From Geosiphon pyriformis uo1 (lineage: Eukaryota; Fungi; Glomeromycota), in NCBI GenBank assembly GCA_016748015.1, contig JAAOMT010000303.1, positions 744,001 to 808,000 of the forward strand: a stretch of DNA of 64,000 nt. Reading direction: 5' to 3'. Positions 41,301-52,996 of the stretch are shown here, piece by piece. The notes under the pieces are model-generated. The model saw only the letters and a list, made by a program, of their open reading frames with translations, was not told the origin of the DNA and searched no databases. Each line of letters begins with the position of its first letter. Position 1 is the first letter of the stretch. The translations under genes and the position numbers were made by a program.

Positions 41301-41983
41301 TGGTGAAAATTTTGTTGGGCAATGAGCTTTCTTTAGTGAACAACCTCCCCACTGTATTTCATAGTCCTGGTCATTTTCCGTTGTCTTCTATTCTTGGAAA
41401 GTCTCTGTATTTTGACTCAGTCAAATCTCTTAGATGCTTTGATGTTGCTTTTGGTGATTGGCTTTTTGATAAAAAAGGTGTTTTGTTGGATTGAAAAACT
41501 TTTTGTCATTGGAAGAGACTGGATCCACATGGCCCTGTGCCTTATTGGTTCTTGGTTTCTTCTGAGTTTTTGAGGAGTCAAGGTTGTTCATTTTCTGGTT
41601 CTATTGGCTCTGCAAAAAAGCTTGGTTTGGACATTTTGGAGTCTGGGAAATTTTTTGCAGTAAAAGATGGATTGCATGACATTTAGTCCAGCTTTTTTGA
41701 AGTTTTTACAGATGGGTCTTTGAGGAATGCAGGCTCTGCTGAGGTCATTTGTGGTGCTGCTGCATACTTTCCAGTCTTGGATAAGAGCATTGGTATCGCT
41801 GTTAGTGGTCTTTTGTCATCTACTATAGCCAAATTGCAGGCTGTTACTTTGGCTTTGGAGTGTGTTTCTTCTTCAAGTACTGTGGTGTTACGTCTTGACA
41901 GCCAGGCTGCTATTGACGCATGTGTGTTTGAGATGTCTTTGGTTGCCCCTGATTTCTGTAATCAATGCTGGCTGGAGAGGTGT

Positions 41984-43022
41984 TGTTACGGTTTAAGAAT
42001 TTAGCAAAAAGAATCATAAAAATAATACAAACTATTCAATCATAATATAGCACAGTAATAATCTTAGAAAGGTAATGATTAACATAGTAGCAAACACCAT
42101 CTCGCGATAGTGGCAAGCACCAGTTCACAATAGCAGCCAACACCAACTGGTGATAGCAGCAAACACCAGGTTGAAATATCAAAAANNNNNNNNNNNNNNN
42201 NNNNNAAATCACAGTTAATAGCTCCAAAATAACATACATAAAAAGAACAATAGAAAATCCAAAAACAAGAAAAGAACATAATTTCGAACCATATAATATT
42301 AGCAAAGTTATTGAAAAATTAGAGATAGCATTGGGCAATACATTAATAATGGAAGAAATAGAAATAAGTGAATTAACACCAGACACATTTAGCAACTTGA
42401 AAACGAAATTTCCAATTAATTACTGTTATTATCAACTAGAAAAGCACTTGAACATACAAACATTATACTCAAAAGACTCAACTAGAGTGTTTAACAAAAC
42501 AACTATCCAACTATTAGAACCTTTCATTGGAAAAACCAACACTACATTCCATTCAAAAACAGTTTACAGAATTTTCAAAGCATTTGAAAACTGTCACAAA
42601 TTNNNNNNNNNNNNNNNNNNNNATCATTCATCAACTGAATCCCTTGGAAGAATAATCCTTGATCAAGATTATTCACGTTGTTACTAATTGATAAAAGCTT
42701 TATTGTGAGAATTAGAAAAGCGCTAAAGACCATTAACATTCTGTGTTTCTAGATTAGAGAAACACATCAGGCAATTGCAAGAATAGTCTCAGAGAAGACC
42801 CCAGACAGTGGGTAGATTTCAGTTCAGCCTCTGAGAAGGAGTACATAAACACACACAACAATTAAGAATTAAAGAATAACTTACATCACAACAGTAAAAA
42901 GAAAGCCTTCAGTGTAACAGTGACATTATTACACAAATAGAATTGAGGAACTCATGAAAGATTGATTGCAATTAAAGCGGGATATCAGCAATTAAATATA
43001 ACAAAAAAACCATCCCATAACA
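41984..43022 (+). repeat. Gypsy-C 5' LTR (two N gaps and a misplaced internal segment)
   Basis: Both ends match 50486 onward and ..51856. Confidence 0.88.
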
Positions 43023-43024
43023 TT

Positions 43025-43038
43025 TGGTGAACCCTACG
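43025..43038 (+). promoter_or_regulatory. Gypsy-C primer binding site (tRNA-Trp-like)
   Basis: TGGTGAACCCTACG, 2 nt after the LTR; resembles the complement of eukaryotic tRNA-Trp 3' ends. Confidence 0.8.
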
Positions 43039-43104
43039 AAGAAAGAAAATCAAAAAGGAAATAATAATTAGCAATAATTCATTCCTAAAAAGGAAAAGAC
43101 AAAA

Positions 43105-46100
43105 GTGGTGACAAAAACCCCTAATCTTATTGTTCTTGAATTCTGCCATGCTATTTACACACAAAATCAAAGTAATCTTGGATTACCAGAAGGGTGTTGT
43201 CCAGCAGAATCTGCCTTTACTTATTATATCAACGCCAAAATAAATTATCATATAGGAAAGGAAGAAGAACCACACGACGCAAAACTTGGATTGTATAGAG
43301 AATTATCACAATACACTACAAAAGAAGTAGCAGTAATAGCCGCAACTATTGTCAAAATCCATCGAAAAATTGAGCAATACGCCAACGAAAATTTTCTAAT
43401 ATCCACAGGAAACACTAAAGAACGCGCCAACAAAACCAAAGAAAATTTAGAAACTAATCAGAAAAGTAACCAGCAAAAACTAGGAATACCAGCTCAAACG
43501 CCAAAGAAAACTGTCACTCAATCAATAAAGAAACAATGTATTTATTCACCAGAAGATAAATCATACCATTTTTCACCAGAAAATAAGATACAAATTCCAT
43601 TAGGAGCTGCATTATCATCAACATCAACTCCACAAACGCCAAAAACTCCTAGTTATACTGATAAAATTAAACAATGTAACTGGGGAGACATACCAATTAC
43701 AGGAGGATATTCATCACTATTCCAAAACCCTCTTTTTCAGCCAAAATTTAGAATGGGGTTTGAAAACTGTGAAGAGGAGTCTGAATCAGAATCCGAAAAA
43801 GAGACCAGCAAAAAAACAATCACAAGACCAGTCACTGGAACAAGCAGCCAGTCCAGAAACCAAGAAACTTATGATCAAGAGGAAGAACCAGATATAAGGG
43901 AAGCCATCTTTAGGAATGCTCAAGGAAATATCATCCCACCTCCTCTTAGACCAATAAACCCACCAGCAGAAAATGGCAACAAAATGACCACACCATACAT
44001 TGCAAGACTAACAGATTTCTCAGGAGAGGAAGAAGAAACGGACATGCACACATGACTCAGAGAAGCACAAAAAGCCATCCAGGCAAATAACTGGAATGAC
44101 CAAAGAGCAATTCAAACATTACCTTTCTTCCTGAAAGGCACAGCTGACTCATGGTATCAAAGCCTGGAAACAAAACCCATGAGCTTCACCAAATTTAAAA
44201 ATGCACTTCTAGAGTATTTTAGTGACCCAAACACCATAATCCAACTACAGAACGAATTCAATACTATCAAGCAAAATACTGGTGAAACTGTCACCCAATA
44301 CCTTGCTTGATTCAATCGAATTCACCGTCAGATTGAAGCAATTGAACAAGGATACTATACTGATCCTCAGGTTTTAAATCAGTTTATTAGAGAATTAAAA
44401 AGCAGCATTTTAGGAAAAGTATGCCCTGTCCACCCTAATTCCTTACCAGAAGCCGTTACGCTCACCAGAGCCCTTGAATTGGCTGAGAAAAAAGCTAACC
44501 ATAGTCAAATAGTTAACATGGTAATGGAAGAAAATAAGACAGAAACATTAGAGAAAAGAGTAACGTGATTAGGGGAGGAACTCTCTAAGAAAATAGAAAG
44601 TTACCTCATCCCGGATCCGAGAAAAAATACATACCAACCACCCCAAAGATGCAGTCAGGAAGTCAGCAACAGTCAAAATAATTGCTCATTGTGCCAGGAA
44701 TTCAGAACAGAAACGCACGCCTGCTATTTTTGCAAATGTGTAGGACATTTGATTAATCAATGTCAAACGCGAATGATGCAAGAAGCACATGAAAATAATT
44801 ACTACGCACCACCCCAAATGCCCAGAAACCAGTACATGCCAATACCACGCCAATATCCCACCACGTATCAAAATCAAGGAGCTTACTAGCAATAATCCAT
44901 GATAGCCAACCTGAATTGACGTCCCGAGGCCCGAAATCAGCCCATGTAAAACCAAAATGCGTTGGTCCAGAGGAATCCAAACCGCGCCAGAACCAATTAG
45001 CAAACCAATCCAAACTACCAAAATTATTAACAAACTTACCTTAATATACTGGAAAACCTGATCATCAGAAACAATAATAGTAGAAACATAAACAGAACCA
45101 AAAATTCCTCCAAATTGAGCCAGACAATACCACCAGCAGTTGTCACCAAAGATAGCAGCCTTGCAGCTATTTTTCCTTTTGAATTAGAGAAAAATGAGGC
45201 TATGTTCAGTGGAGCAGCATTGGACGAAAAATGCCCAATCACTGCTATGTATACGGAAGCCACTGTAAACAATACCCCAATCAAACTTATCTTAGACAGC
45301 GGATCCGCTGGAAGCATTGTAACGCTTCAACTAGTAAACCAACTGGGTTTCAAAGTTGATCGTGCCGCGACGTCCCAAATCATAACAGCCGATGGAAGTA
45401 CAAAGCTGCCTCATGGCGAAATCGACTCATTCCCTTTTGAAATTAACGGCATAGTAATACCTACAAAAGTATTAGTAATGGACGCTACACAATATTAAGC
45501 GTTAGTAGGGAATGACTGACTAACAAAAGCCAATGCCACCCTAGACTGGACCACCCAAGAGCTTCTGATCAATTATAATGGCCACCAGGCCAAAATTTCA
45601 GCCACCTGTGGCCACTTCCAAAAACCCAGTGTCAACCAAAGATCTACCTTTGAATTTGAGGAAAATCCAGCACTACCAGCCATCGAAACCTATCAGCTCT
45701 CTTGGGCTGATGACCAAAGAACAGGACTACCAGCCGTACCAACGTGGACTAGTGAAGAAAGATCCGAATGGAACCAGGTAAGTTCACGAAGAAACCACCA
45801 GCAATGCAGACCAAAGATAGAATGCTCGGTTTGCAAGAAGAAACTCTCGTCTATGACTGCGTGCAGCGCACCGGACAAAGACCCAAAAAACCCCACCCAC
45901 TACTATTGTAACTGTTATAACAAAGAAAAATACAGTTACCCAGAAAGACACGGAAAATGGGATGAGAAACCGTGACTCGCTTGTGGAAAACCATTACCAA
46001 GAGGGTGCGACTGGAATGACTTACCAGGCAGAGAAGAAATGTGTGACACAACTTGCCAATACATGATCCTCATCTGTGACTGGGTAAGAGGAGGAACACC

Positions 46101-48813
46101 ATTCAAAGCAGCATTCAACAGAGCATTAAAAAGACTACAATACTACCCACACGACGAGGACGAGTTGTACAACACCACACAAGCCAAAGTAAGAGGAGGA
46201 ACCACCGAAGAAATACAATGTTGGAAAGAGTCAGCCAAAATAGCTGACAAAGTTGCCAGCTACAACATGTTTGACCCAGTGGATGAATTCCAGGATTACT
46301 ACCAACAACTATGCCCCACTCGACAAGAACAAGAACAATACCTCGCCCAAATCAACACTTACCTCTGTGAAAACTGTCTCATCTCGTGCCAAAATCAGTG
46401 CTGTGAAAAGTGTCAAGACAAAAGAAACTTAGAAAAAAAAATGGAAATTGAGAATCAGCAGTCTCAAAATCAATCAATAAATCAACAAGACTCACCTGAC
46501 GGTCCCAAGTCAGAAAAATTTGTAGCCTATACTGACCTAGAACAGGTGACCGACATCCAATATTTTGACAACAGGCACTTAGGAATAATATCCAAAAGAG
46601 CCCATCCAACCGATGCCGAATTTAATCTATGTTATCCAGAAGACCAATCCACAACGTTACCACCCAGGAGCATCACCAAAATCGACCTAAAAATAGTGGT
46701 TGAAATTCTGCCAGGAATAATGGTTCAAATGGCGTCGCAATCAAGCCTTGCGAAAAAAAAAATAAGCATTCAAGGAGGAGTAATTGACTCTGGATACACT
46801 GGAAATTTGATGGTTTTGCTACAGAACAATTCAGAAAAGCCTTATACCATTGAATCTAAGGAAAAGATTGCACAAGCAATTTTCTTACCATTGGTAAAAA
46901 TTGGGAAATTCGTGCCAGTGGAAAATCGTGAGGAATTATCACAAACAACGAGAGGAACTTTTGGTTTCGGATCGACAGAAAAAAGAATTGAAGCAAATTT
47001 CACTGAAACAATAAAGGAAAAAGACGAAGTAATTAAAAATGAGCAGTCCATCACACTCCTACCATATGGAAAATCAGAAATAAGAATAAAAAGGACAATT
47101 AAAGAAAAAGACCTAATATTTGAGCCCTACCCAGAAACTTGCCAACAGTTTCTCATAGGACTTACTAATCTTTTTATTCCAGCTGATAAAGCTCAATGGA
47201 TAAAAATTCCTATCGCAAACACCACAGAAGAACCCGTCTACATTCCAGAAGATACCATCATTGGATACCTCGGAACAGAGCTAGAAAACGCATCAACACC
47301 ACAAAAAATTCTAAATTTCCCAGAAATCGCTCTCTACTGTGAACTCACTTCAATAAATTGGCAACAACCATTAGAATGCTATCAATTTATGCCAGAAGAA
47401 TTGGCCAAATTAAACATTGGAACAATGGATCCTAACCAACAGTGACAATTAAAAGCATTAATTTTAAAATACTCTGATATATTTTCAAGAAATGGCGAAT
47501 TTGGAAGAACCAACTTGGTTCAACACCAAATTTCCACTGGAGACACCAGATCTGAAAAACAACGCGCTTACCGTGTTCCACCAATAGAGCATAATTTTAT
47601 CAGAGAAGAAGTCCAAAGCATGTTGGAAAAAGGAATAATACAACCATCAATGAGCCCATGATCTTCACCAGTTGTTTTAGTAAGGAAAAAGAACGGAAAA
47701 ATTAAATTTTGCATCGACTATTGCAAACTAAACAGCAAAACAACCAAAGACTCATACCCAATACCATTAATTGACGAAATCTTCGACGTTTTTGGAAGAG
47801 CAAAATGGTTTTCTATACTGGACTTGACCAGTGGATACTGGCAAGTGGAAATGGACCCAAAGGACAGGCATAAAACAGCATTCACAACACAAAATGGCAA
47901 TTATGAGTTTAATGTAATGCCATTTGGATTAACAAATGCTCCCGCAACATTCCAAAGACTAATGGACATAATTTACTCTGGAATCCTGTGGCAATCCGTT
48001 GTTGTCTACTTAGATGATACAAATGTTTTCTTGTCAAAATTCACGGATCATCTCCAACATTTACAACAAGTTTTTGAGAGATTGAGACATGCTGGACTTA
48101 AACTAAATCTAGAAAAATGTTTCTTTGGGAAAAATGAGCTAGCATTTTTAGGACACATAGTTGGAAAAGATGGAATAAAACCAGATCCATTAAAAATAGA
48201 CAAAGTGAAAAATTTTCCAGTATCTCAAAACGTTTCAGAAGTTAAAAGCTTTTTAGGACTCACATCTTACTACTGCCGCTTTGTAGAAAACTTTTCAAAC
48301 ATCGCCAAACCCCTTAATTACCTACTATCTAAAAATGTGAAGTTTGAATGGACTGAAGCACAACAAAAAGCTTTTGAGTACCTTAGACAAAAGCTCATTG
48401 AATTACCAATAATAATCTATCCGAATTTCAACAAGAAATTCAGTTTGGCCACAGATGCCTTTGGAACTGGACTTGGAGCCATTCTGTCACAAAAAGATGA
48501 TAATAGAAGAGAATGTGTAATCGCTTATGCCAGCAGAAGTCTCAGTACGGCAGAACAAAACTACACAGCATATAAACTTGAATGCTTAGCAGTAGTCTGG
48601 AGTTGTGTTCACTTTGACACATATTTATGGTACCAATCCTTTGAGATTATGATAGATCATAAAGGTCTGGTCTGGTTAAATAACAAGAAAGTGCTAAAAG
48701 GAAAATATGCCAGATGGTCACAAACGTTAACACCATACGATTATATTATCAAATACAAAGAAGGTACCAAAAATGCTAATGCCGACTGTTTGTCAAGAAT
48801 GAGACATACATAA
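43105..48813 (+). pseudogene. Gypsy-C Gag-PR-dUTPase-RT-RNase H polyprotein (~1900 codons, one frame, internal stops)
   Basis: Knuckle CYFCKCVGHLINQC; protease LILDSGSAGS; dUTPase GGVIDSGYTG, KIAQ, RGTFGFGST; RT YLDD; RH TDAF..YASRSL..DHK..NANADCLSR. Ends RMRHT*. Confidence 0.95.
46597..46977 (+). other. dUTPase domain within Gypsy-C pol
   Basis: All five trimeric dUTPase motifs: DAEFNL (decayed DAGFDL), SQSSL (decayed SRSSL), GVIDSGYTG, EKIAQ and RGTFGFGST. Confidence 0.93.
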
Positions 48814-48842
48814 AAATCACCAACCCACCCGCCACAACAACA

Positions 48843-50222
48843 ATGAACAACCACCTTTACAAAAACCTCAGCCAATACTTGGAAACACTACAAATAGACA
48901 AAGAAATGCCAGTAAAAAAGCTAATTAAGCTCCAAAAATTAACAAAACACTATTTTATCCAAAATCACATACTTTATTACCAGAATTGACAAAATCTAGA
49001 TAATTCATTAAGAGTTATAACCATGGATGAAAAAGAAACTATCTTATTTAACATGTACTCAGATATTTATTCAGGCCACTTTGGAAAAACAGCAACCATC
49101 CAACATGCAACTAGCCATTATTATTGGCCAAAAATGAGTTCAGACATAATCCAATACATAAGAAATTGTAACTCATGCTAACAAAGAGAAGGAGCAAAAA
49201 CAATGGAATTATTAAGACCAATAAAAGTTAGACAGCCATTTGACAGAATCGGAATTGATTTAGTTGGACCCTTACCAATAACAATAAGAAACAACCGTTA
49301 TATTGCAGTAGCCATAGACTATCTCACCAAATAGCCAGAAGCTAAAGCTATTAAAACAGCTGATGCTATTTCCGTAGCTCAATTTGTACATGAAGACTTA
49401 ATTTGCCGACATGGATGTCCACAAGAATTGCTATCAGATCAAGGCACACACTTCGTAAACAGCACCTTAAAAGAACTTAGCCAAAAATTTGGAATCAAGC
49501 AACCACTGTCATCACCATACCACCCTCAAACAAATGGATTAGTTGAAAGATTTAATCGCACATTATGCAAATCACTGGCGAAAATTAGTAACGAACATGA
49601 AAAAGAATGGGATTTGTTCATATTAGCAGCACTACTAGCATATAGAACAGTAAAACAAGATACTACACAATTCACACCATTTGAACTAGTTTATGGAAGA
49701 AAAGCCACATTACCAGTTGAACTTACTATTCCAACTTATTCAAGTGACACTATCACGGAAGCAACATTTCAGGAAACACTACTTAGAAGAACATACAAAT
49801 TAATGAAAACTTTAGAAAACAAAAGAAGAAAAGCAGCACAAAATATTGAACAATCACAAGAACAACAAAAAGTGAGACATGATAACCAATTACCAGATAA
49901 TATAATTAGCTACAAAATTGAAGATAAAGTATTGTTGCATCGTACAAAAATGGAAAAACAGTGAAATGGAAAATTTGATCACAAGTGGAATGGACCATTT
50001 TATATTCACGAAATACTTGGAAATGGAGCATACAAGCTAAGACTAGATGATAAAATATTAAGAAAAGCAGCACATGGTAACTGGCTGAAATTCTATTACA
50101 GTAAACCAGTAATAACAACAAAAACACCCAGAATTGGAACACAATTACCTTTAATTCTACCAGAACAAATTCCACAAAATTTAGAACCAATAGTTTTAAT
50201 TGAACATTATTCGAAAAGATAA
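48843..50222 (+). pseudogene. Gypsy-C integrase, separate ORF
   Basis: ATG 48843 (MNNHLY) is in frame with GHFG..YYWP..C..C, IGIDLVGPLP, SDQGTHF, YHPQTNGLVERFN and KWNGPFYI. Stop at 50222. Confidence 0.9.
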
Positions 50223-50306
50223 TTAATCTTAGATCACAGCAAAAATAATTTAACAACCATAAAAACACATGCAAAAGATTCCAAAATAACAGTCAAAATT
50301 AAAACA

Positions 50307-50472
50307 ATGATACTTATTTCAAAAAACATCAACAATATAACTCAACAATTAGTTGAAAGCTTANNNNNNNNNNNNNNNNNNNNAACAAATTAATAACACA
50401 GTATTGAACCACTATAGTAACTTAGAATTTAATGAAGAAATTAACTTCGATTTCGACGGAGCTCAATCTTGA
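50307..50472 (+). pseudogene. Gypsy-C ORF3 (middle collapsed into a gap; missing parts visible at 51141-51406 and 42206-42602)
   Basis: MILISKNINNITQQL.. / ..FPINYCYYQLEKHLNIQTLY.. / ..FDFDGAQS*. Homologous to Gypsy-B ORF3. Confidence 0.75.
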
Positions 50473-50485
50473 AAGGAGGTGATAA
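50471..50485 (+). promoter_or_regulatory. Gypsy-C polypurine tract
   Basis: GAAAGGAGGTGATAA directly before the 3' LTR. Confidence 0.85.
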
Positions 50486-51856
50486 TGTTACGGTTTAAGA
50501 ATTTAGCAAAAAGAATCATAAAAATAATACAAACTATTCAATCATAATATAGCACAGTAATAATCTTAGAAAGGTAATGATTAACATAGTAGCAAACACC
50601 ATCTCGCAATAGTGGCAAGCACCAGTTCACAATAGCAGTCAACACCAACTGGTAATAGCAGCAAACACCAGGTTGAATATCAAAAAGAAAGTATTTTCTC
50701 ATAGAACTACAAACATATATATATACAGTAGTTTTAATATTGGGAAATAATCAATCAAGTAATAAAAATCATAACTTATCAAGCAACAGATCCAATTTTA
50801 TCCAACAAACTCCACTTTAAATCATACTTTCAANNNNNNNNNNNNNNNNNNNNGAAATGGAGCATACAAGCTAAGACTAGATGATAAAATATTAAGAAAA
50901 GCAGCACATGGTAACTGGCTGAAATTCTATTACAGTAAACCAGTAATAACAACAAAAACACCCAGAATTGGAACACAATTACCTTTAATTCTACCAGAAC
51001 AAATTCCACAAGATTTAGAACCAATAGTTTTAATTGAACATTATTTGAAAAAATAATTAATCTTAGATCACAGCAAAAATGATTTAACAACCATAAAAAC
51101 GCATGCAAAAGATTCCAAAATAACAGTCAAAATTAAAACAATGATACTTATTTCAAAAAACATCAACAATATAACTCAACAATTAGTTGAAAGCTTACAA
51201 CAATTAAAATCTGATCTAGAAATCACAGTTAATAGCTCCAAAATAACATACATAAAAAGAACAATAGAAAATCCAAAAACAAGAAAAGAACATAATTTCG
51301 AACCATATAATATTAGCAAAGTTATTGAAAAATTAGAGATAGCATTGGGCAATACATTAATAATGGAAGAAATAGAAATAAGTGAATTAACACCAGACAC
51401 ATTTAGNNNNNNNNNNNNNNNNNNNNACTTACTTGTATTATTTATTGAATGAAACTATTATTCATCAACTGAATCCCTTGGAAGAATAATCCTTGATCAA
51501 GATTATTCACGTTGTTACTAATTGATAAAAGCTTTATTGTGAGAATTAGAAAAGCACTAAAGACCATTAACATTCTGTGTTTCTAGATTAGAGAAACACA
51601 TCAGGCAATTGCAAGGATAGCCTCAGAGAAGACCCCAGACAGTGGGTAGATTTCAGTTCAGCCTCTGAGAAGGAGTACATAAACACACACAACAATCAAG
51701 AATTAAAGAATAACTTACATCGCAACAGTAAAAAAAAAGCCTTCAGTGTAACAGTGACATTATCACACAAATAAAATTGAGGAACTCATGAAAGACTGAT
51801 TGCAATTAAAGCGGGATATCAGCAATTAAATATAACAAGAAAACCATCCCGTAACA
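50486..51856 (+). repeat. Gypsy-C 3' LTR (N gaps, misplaced internal segment)
   Basis: Matches the ends of 41984-43022. Confidence 0.88.
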
Positions 51857-52996
51857 GCATTATATTTTCAATTTGGTCAGGGATAAGGATCTTAGTGTGA
51901 GTTGGATTAAAGTAAAAGGCCACTCTGGGATTCATGGTAATATGGAAGCTAACTTGGCTGCTGGGGCTGCCTCTGGATCTCCCTTTTCCCTTTGTGCCAA
52001 TGTGTATGAACATTTTTTGGTTGCTGAGGGTGTCGCTATTTCTGGTAATGCCTGTCATTTTGTCAGGAATATTTTTTGGTCTGTTTGTTGTGCTCATTGG
52101 GAAGCTGGGTCTGGTTGTAACGTGGTTCTGGACGCAATGATTGGTTGCATAGACTGGGTTGTCATGACTAAGGTGTGGCATCTTGATTCTCATATGCTTA
52201 CTGGGTTCACTAGCCAGATATCCTCAACACTTCACACTTATATTATGAAGGCTGTGCACAGAAAATTGCCAGTGGTGGTAAGGAAAAGTTTGTATGATAA
52301 GTGCTATCCTAGTGTATTATGTTTGTTTTGCGGTGGGGTGGAGTTCTCTGACCACGCTTTTACTTGTGTTCATGAGTTTGGCATTTGTGGTGAGATTTTG
52401 GCTGAGGCTTCTGCCCATTGGTCAGCTTTGGCTGGTGGTTCCCTTGCTTCTGCCATGTTGCAAGTTTTGTCTCAATGTTCCTTTGATGTTAGGTTGTACA
52501 CTTTGGTTTGCAAAGGGTTTGTGCTGGGGGAGTGATATGAGGAAGCTTGCAGTATTTTTGAGGATAAGAAGGTGGCAACTACTCAGATTGTTGATTATGT
52601 CAGATTCGTGATTGAGTTACATCATGCTAAAGCGTGATTGGCTAGGGCCAGCCACCAGGTGGTGATGGAGAAGGCTGGTCTGGTTTGTGATAGTGGTGTT
52701 GTTTCTGGGCTCTCTTGCAGTGTGTCTTCAGTTTTGTCTGATGATGTTGTGAGATTGCTTGGTATGGCCAATTTTTTTGCTGTTAGCTTTGGTTATCAGA
52801 AGTCTTATTGTTTCTTTTCTGGTCTGGGTGGCAGTGTGCAGGTTATTATAGGTGTGTAATGTTGCCTTATCTGGCCTGAGTGGCTAGCCACATGTAGAAA
52901 GTGCATGAGTCACGTTTAGTTTGAGCCTCTTAGTTTGGCTCTATGTATTAGATAGCAATTGGGCTATATTTGTTAAATGTGTTAAATAAAAAAAAA

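Larger units (their letters stand above)
41984..51856 (+). mobile_element. Gypsy-C: full-length, inactivated Ty3/Gypsy LTR retrotransposon (LTRs partly mis-assembled)
   Basis: TGTTACGG...CCGTAACA termini, PBS, PPT and Gag-PR-dUTPase-RT-RH in one frame, then integrase and ORF3. Flanks GTGT and GCAT are read as a decayed 4-bp TSD. Confidence 0.95.
38297..52859 (+). pseudogene. LINE copy 6 ORF2 (38297-41983 joined to ~51857-52859)
   Basis: APE (GGDFNE, TIDYIF), RT (AFVDD) and RNase H, split at QCWLER| by the Gypsy-C insertion. Confidence 0.93.
36202..52996 (+). mobile_element. LINE copy 6, full length, interrupted by Gypsy-C
   Basis: 10-bp TSD TTAAAGATAA at 36192-36201 and 52997-53006. ORF1, ORF2, 3'UTR and poly-A present. 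Confidence 0.96.

Noticed and set aside
42206-42602. ORF3 captured inside the LTRs, or a tandem element (also 50854-51406)
   Set aside because: The segments are bounded by 20-N gaps and are near-identical to internal sequence; most likely scaffolding artefacts.
50040-50222. Chromodomain at the integrase C-terminus
   Set aside because: Only a short Pro-rich tail follows the GPF motif; no aromatic-cage pattern.
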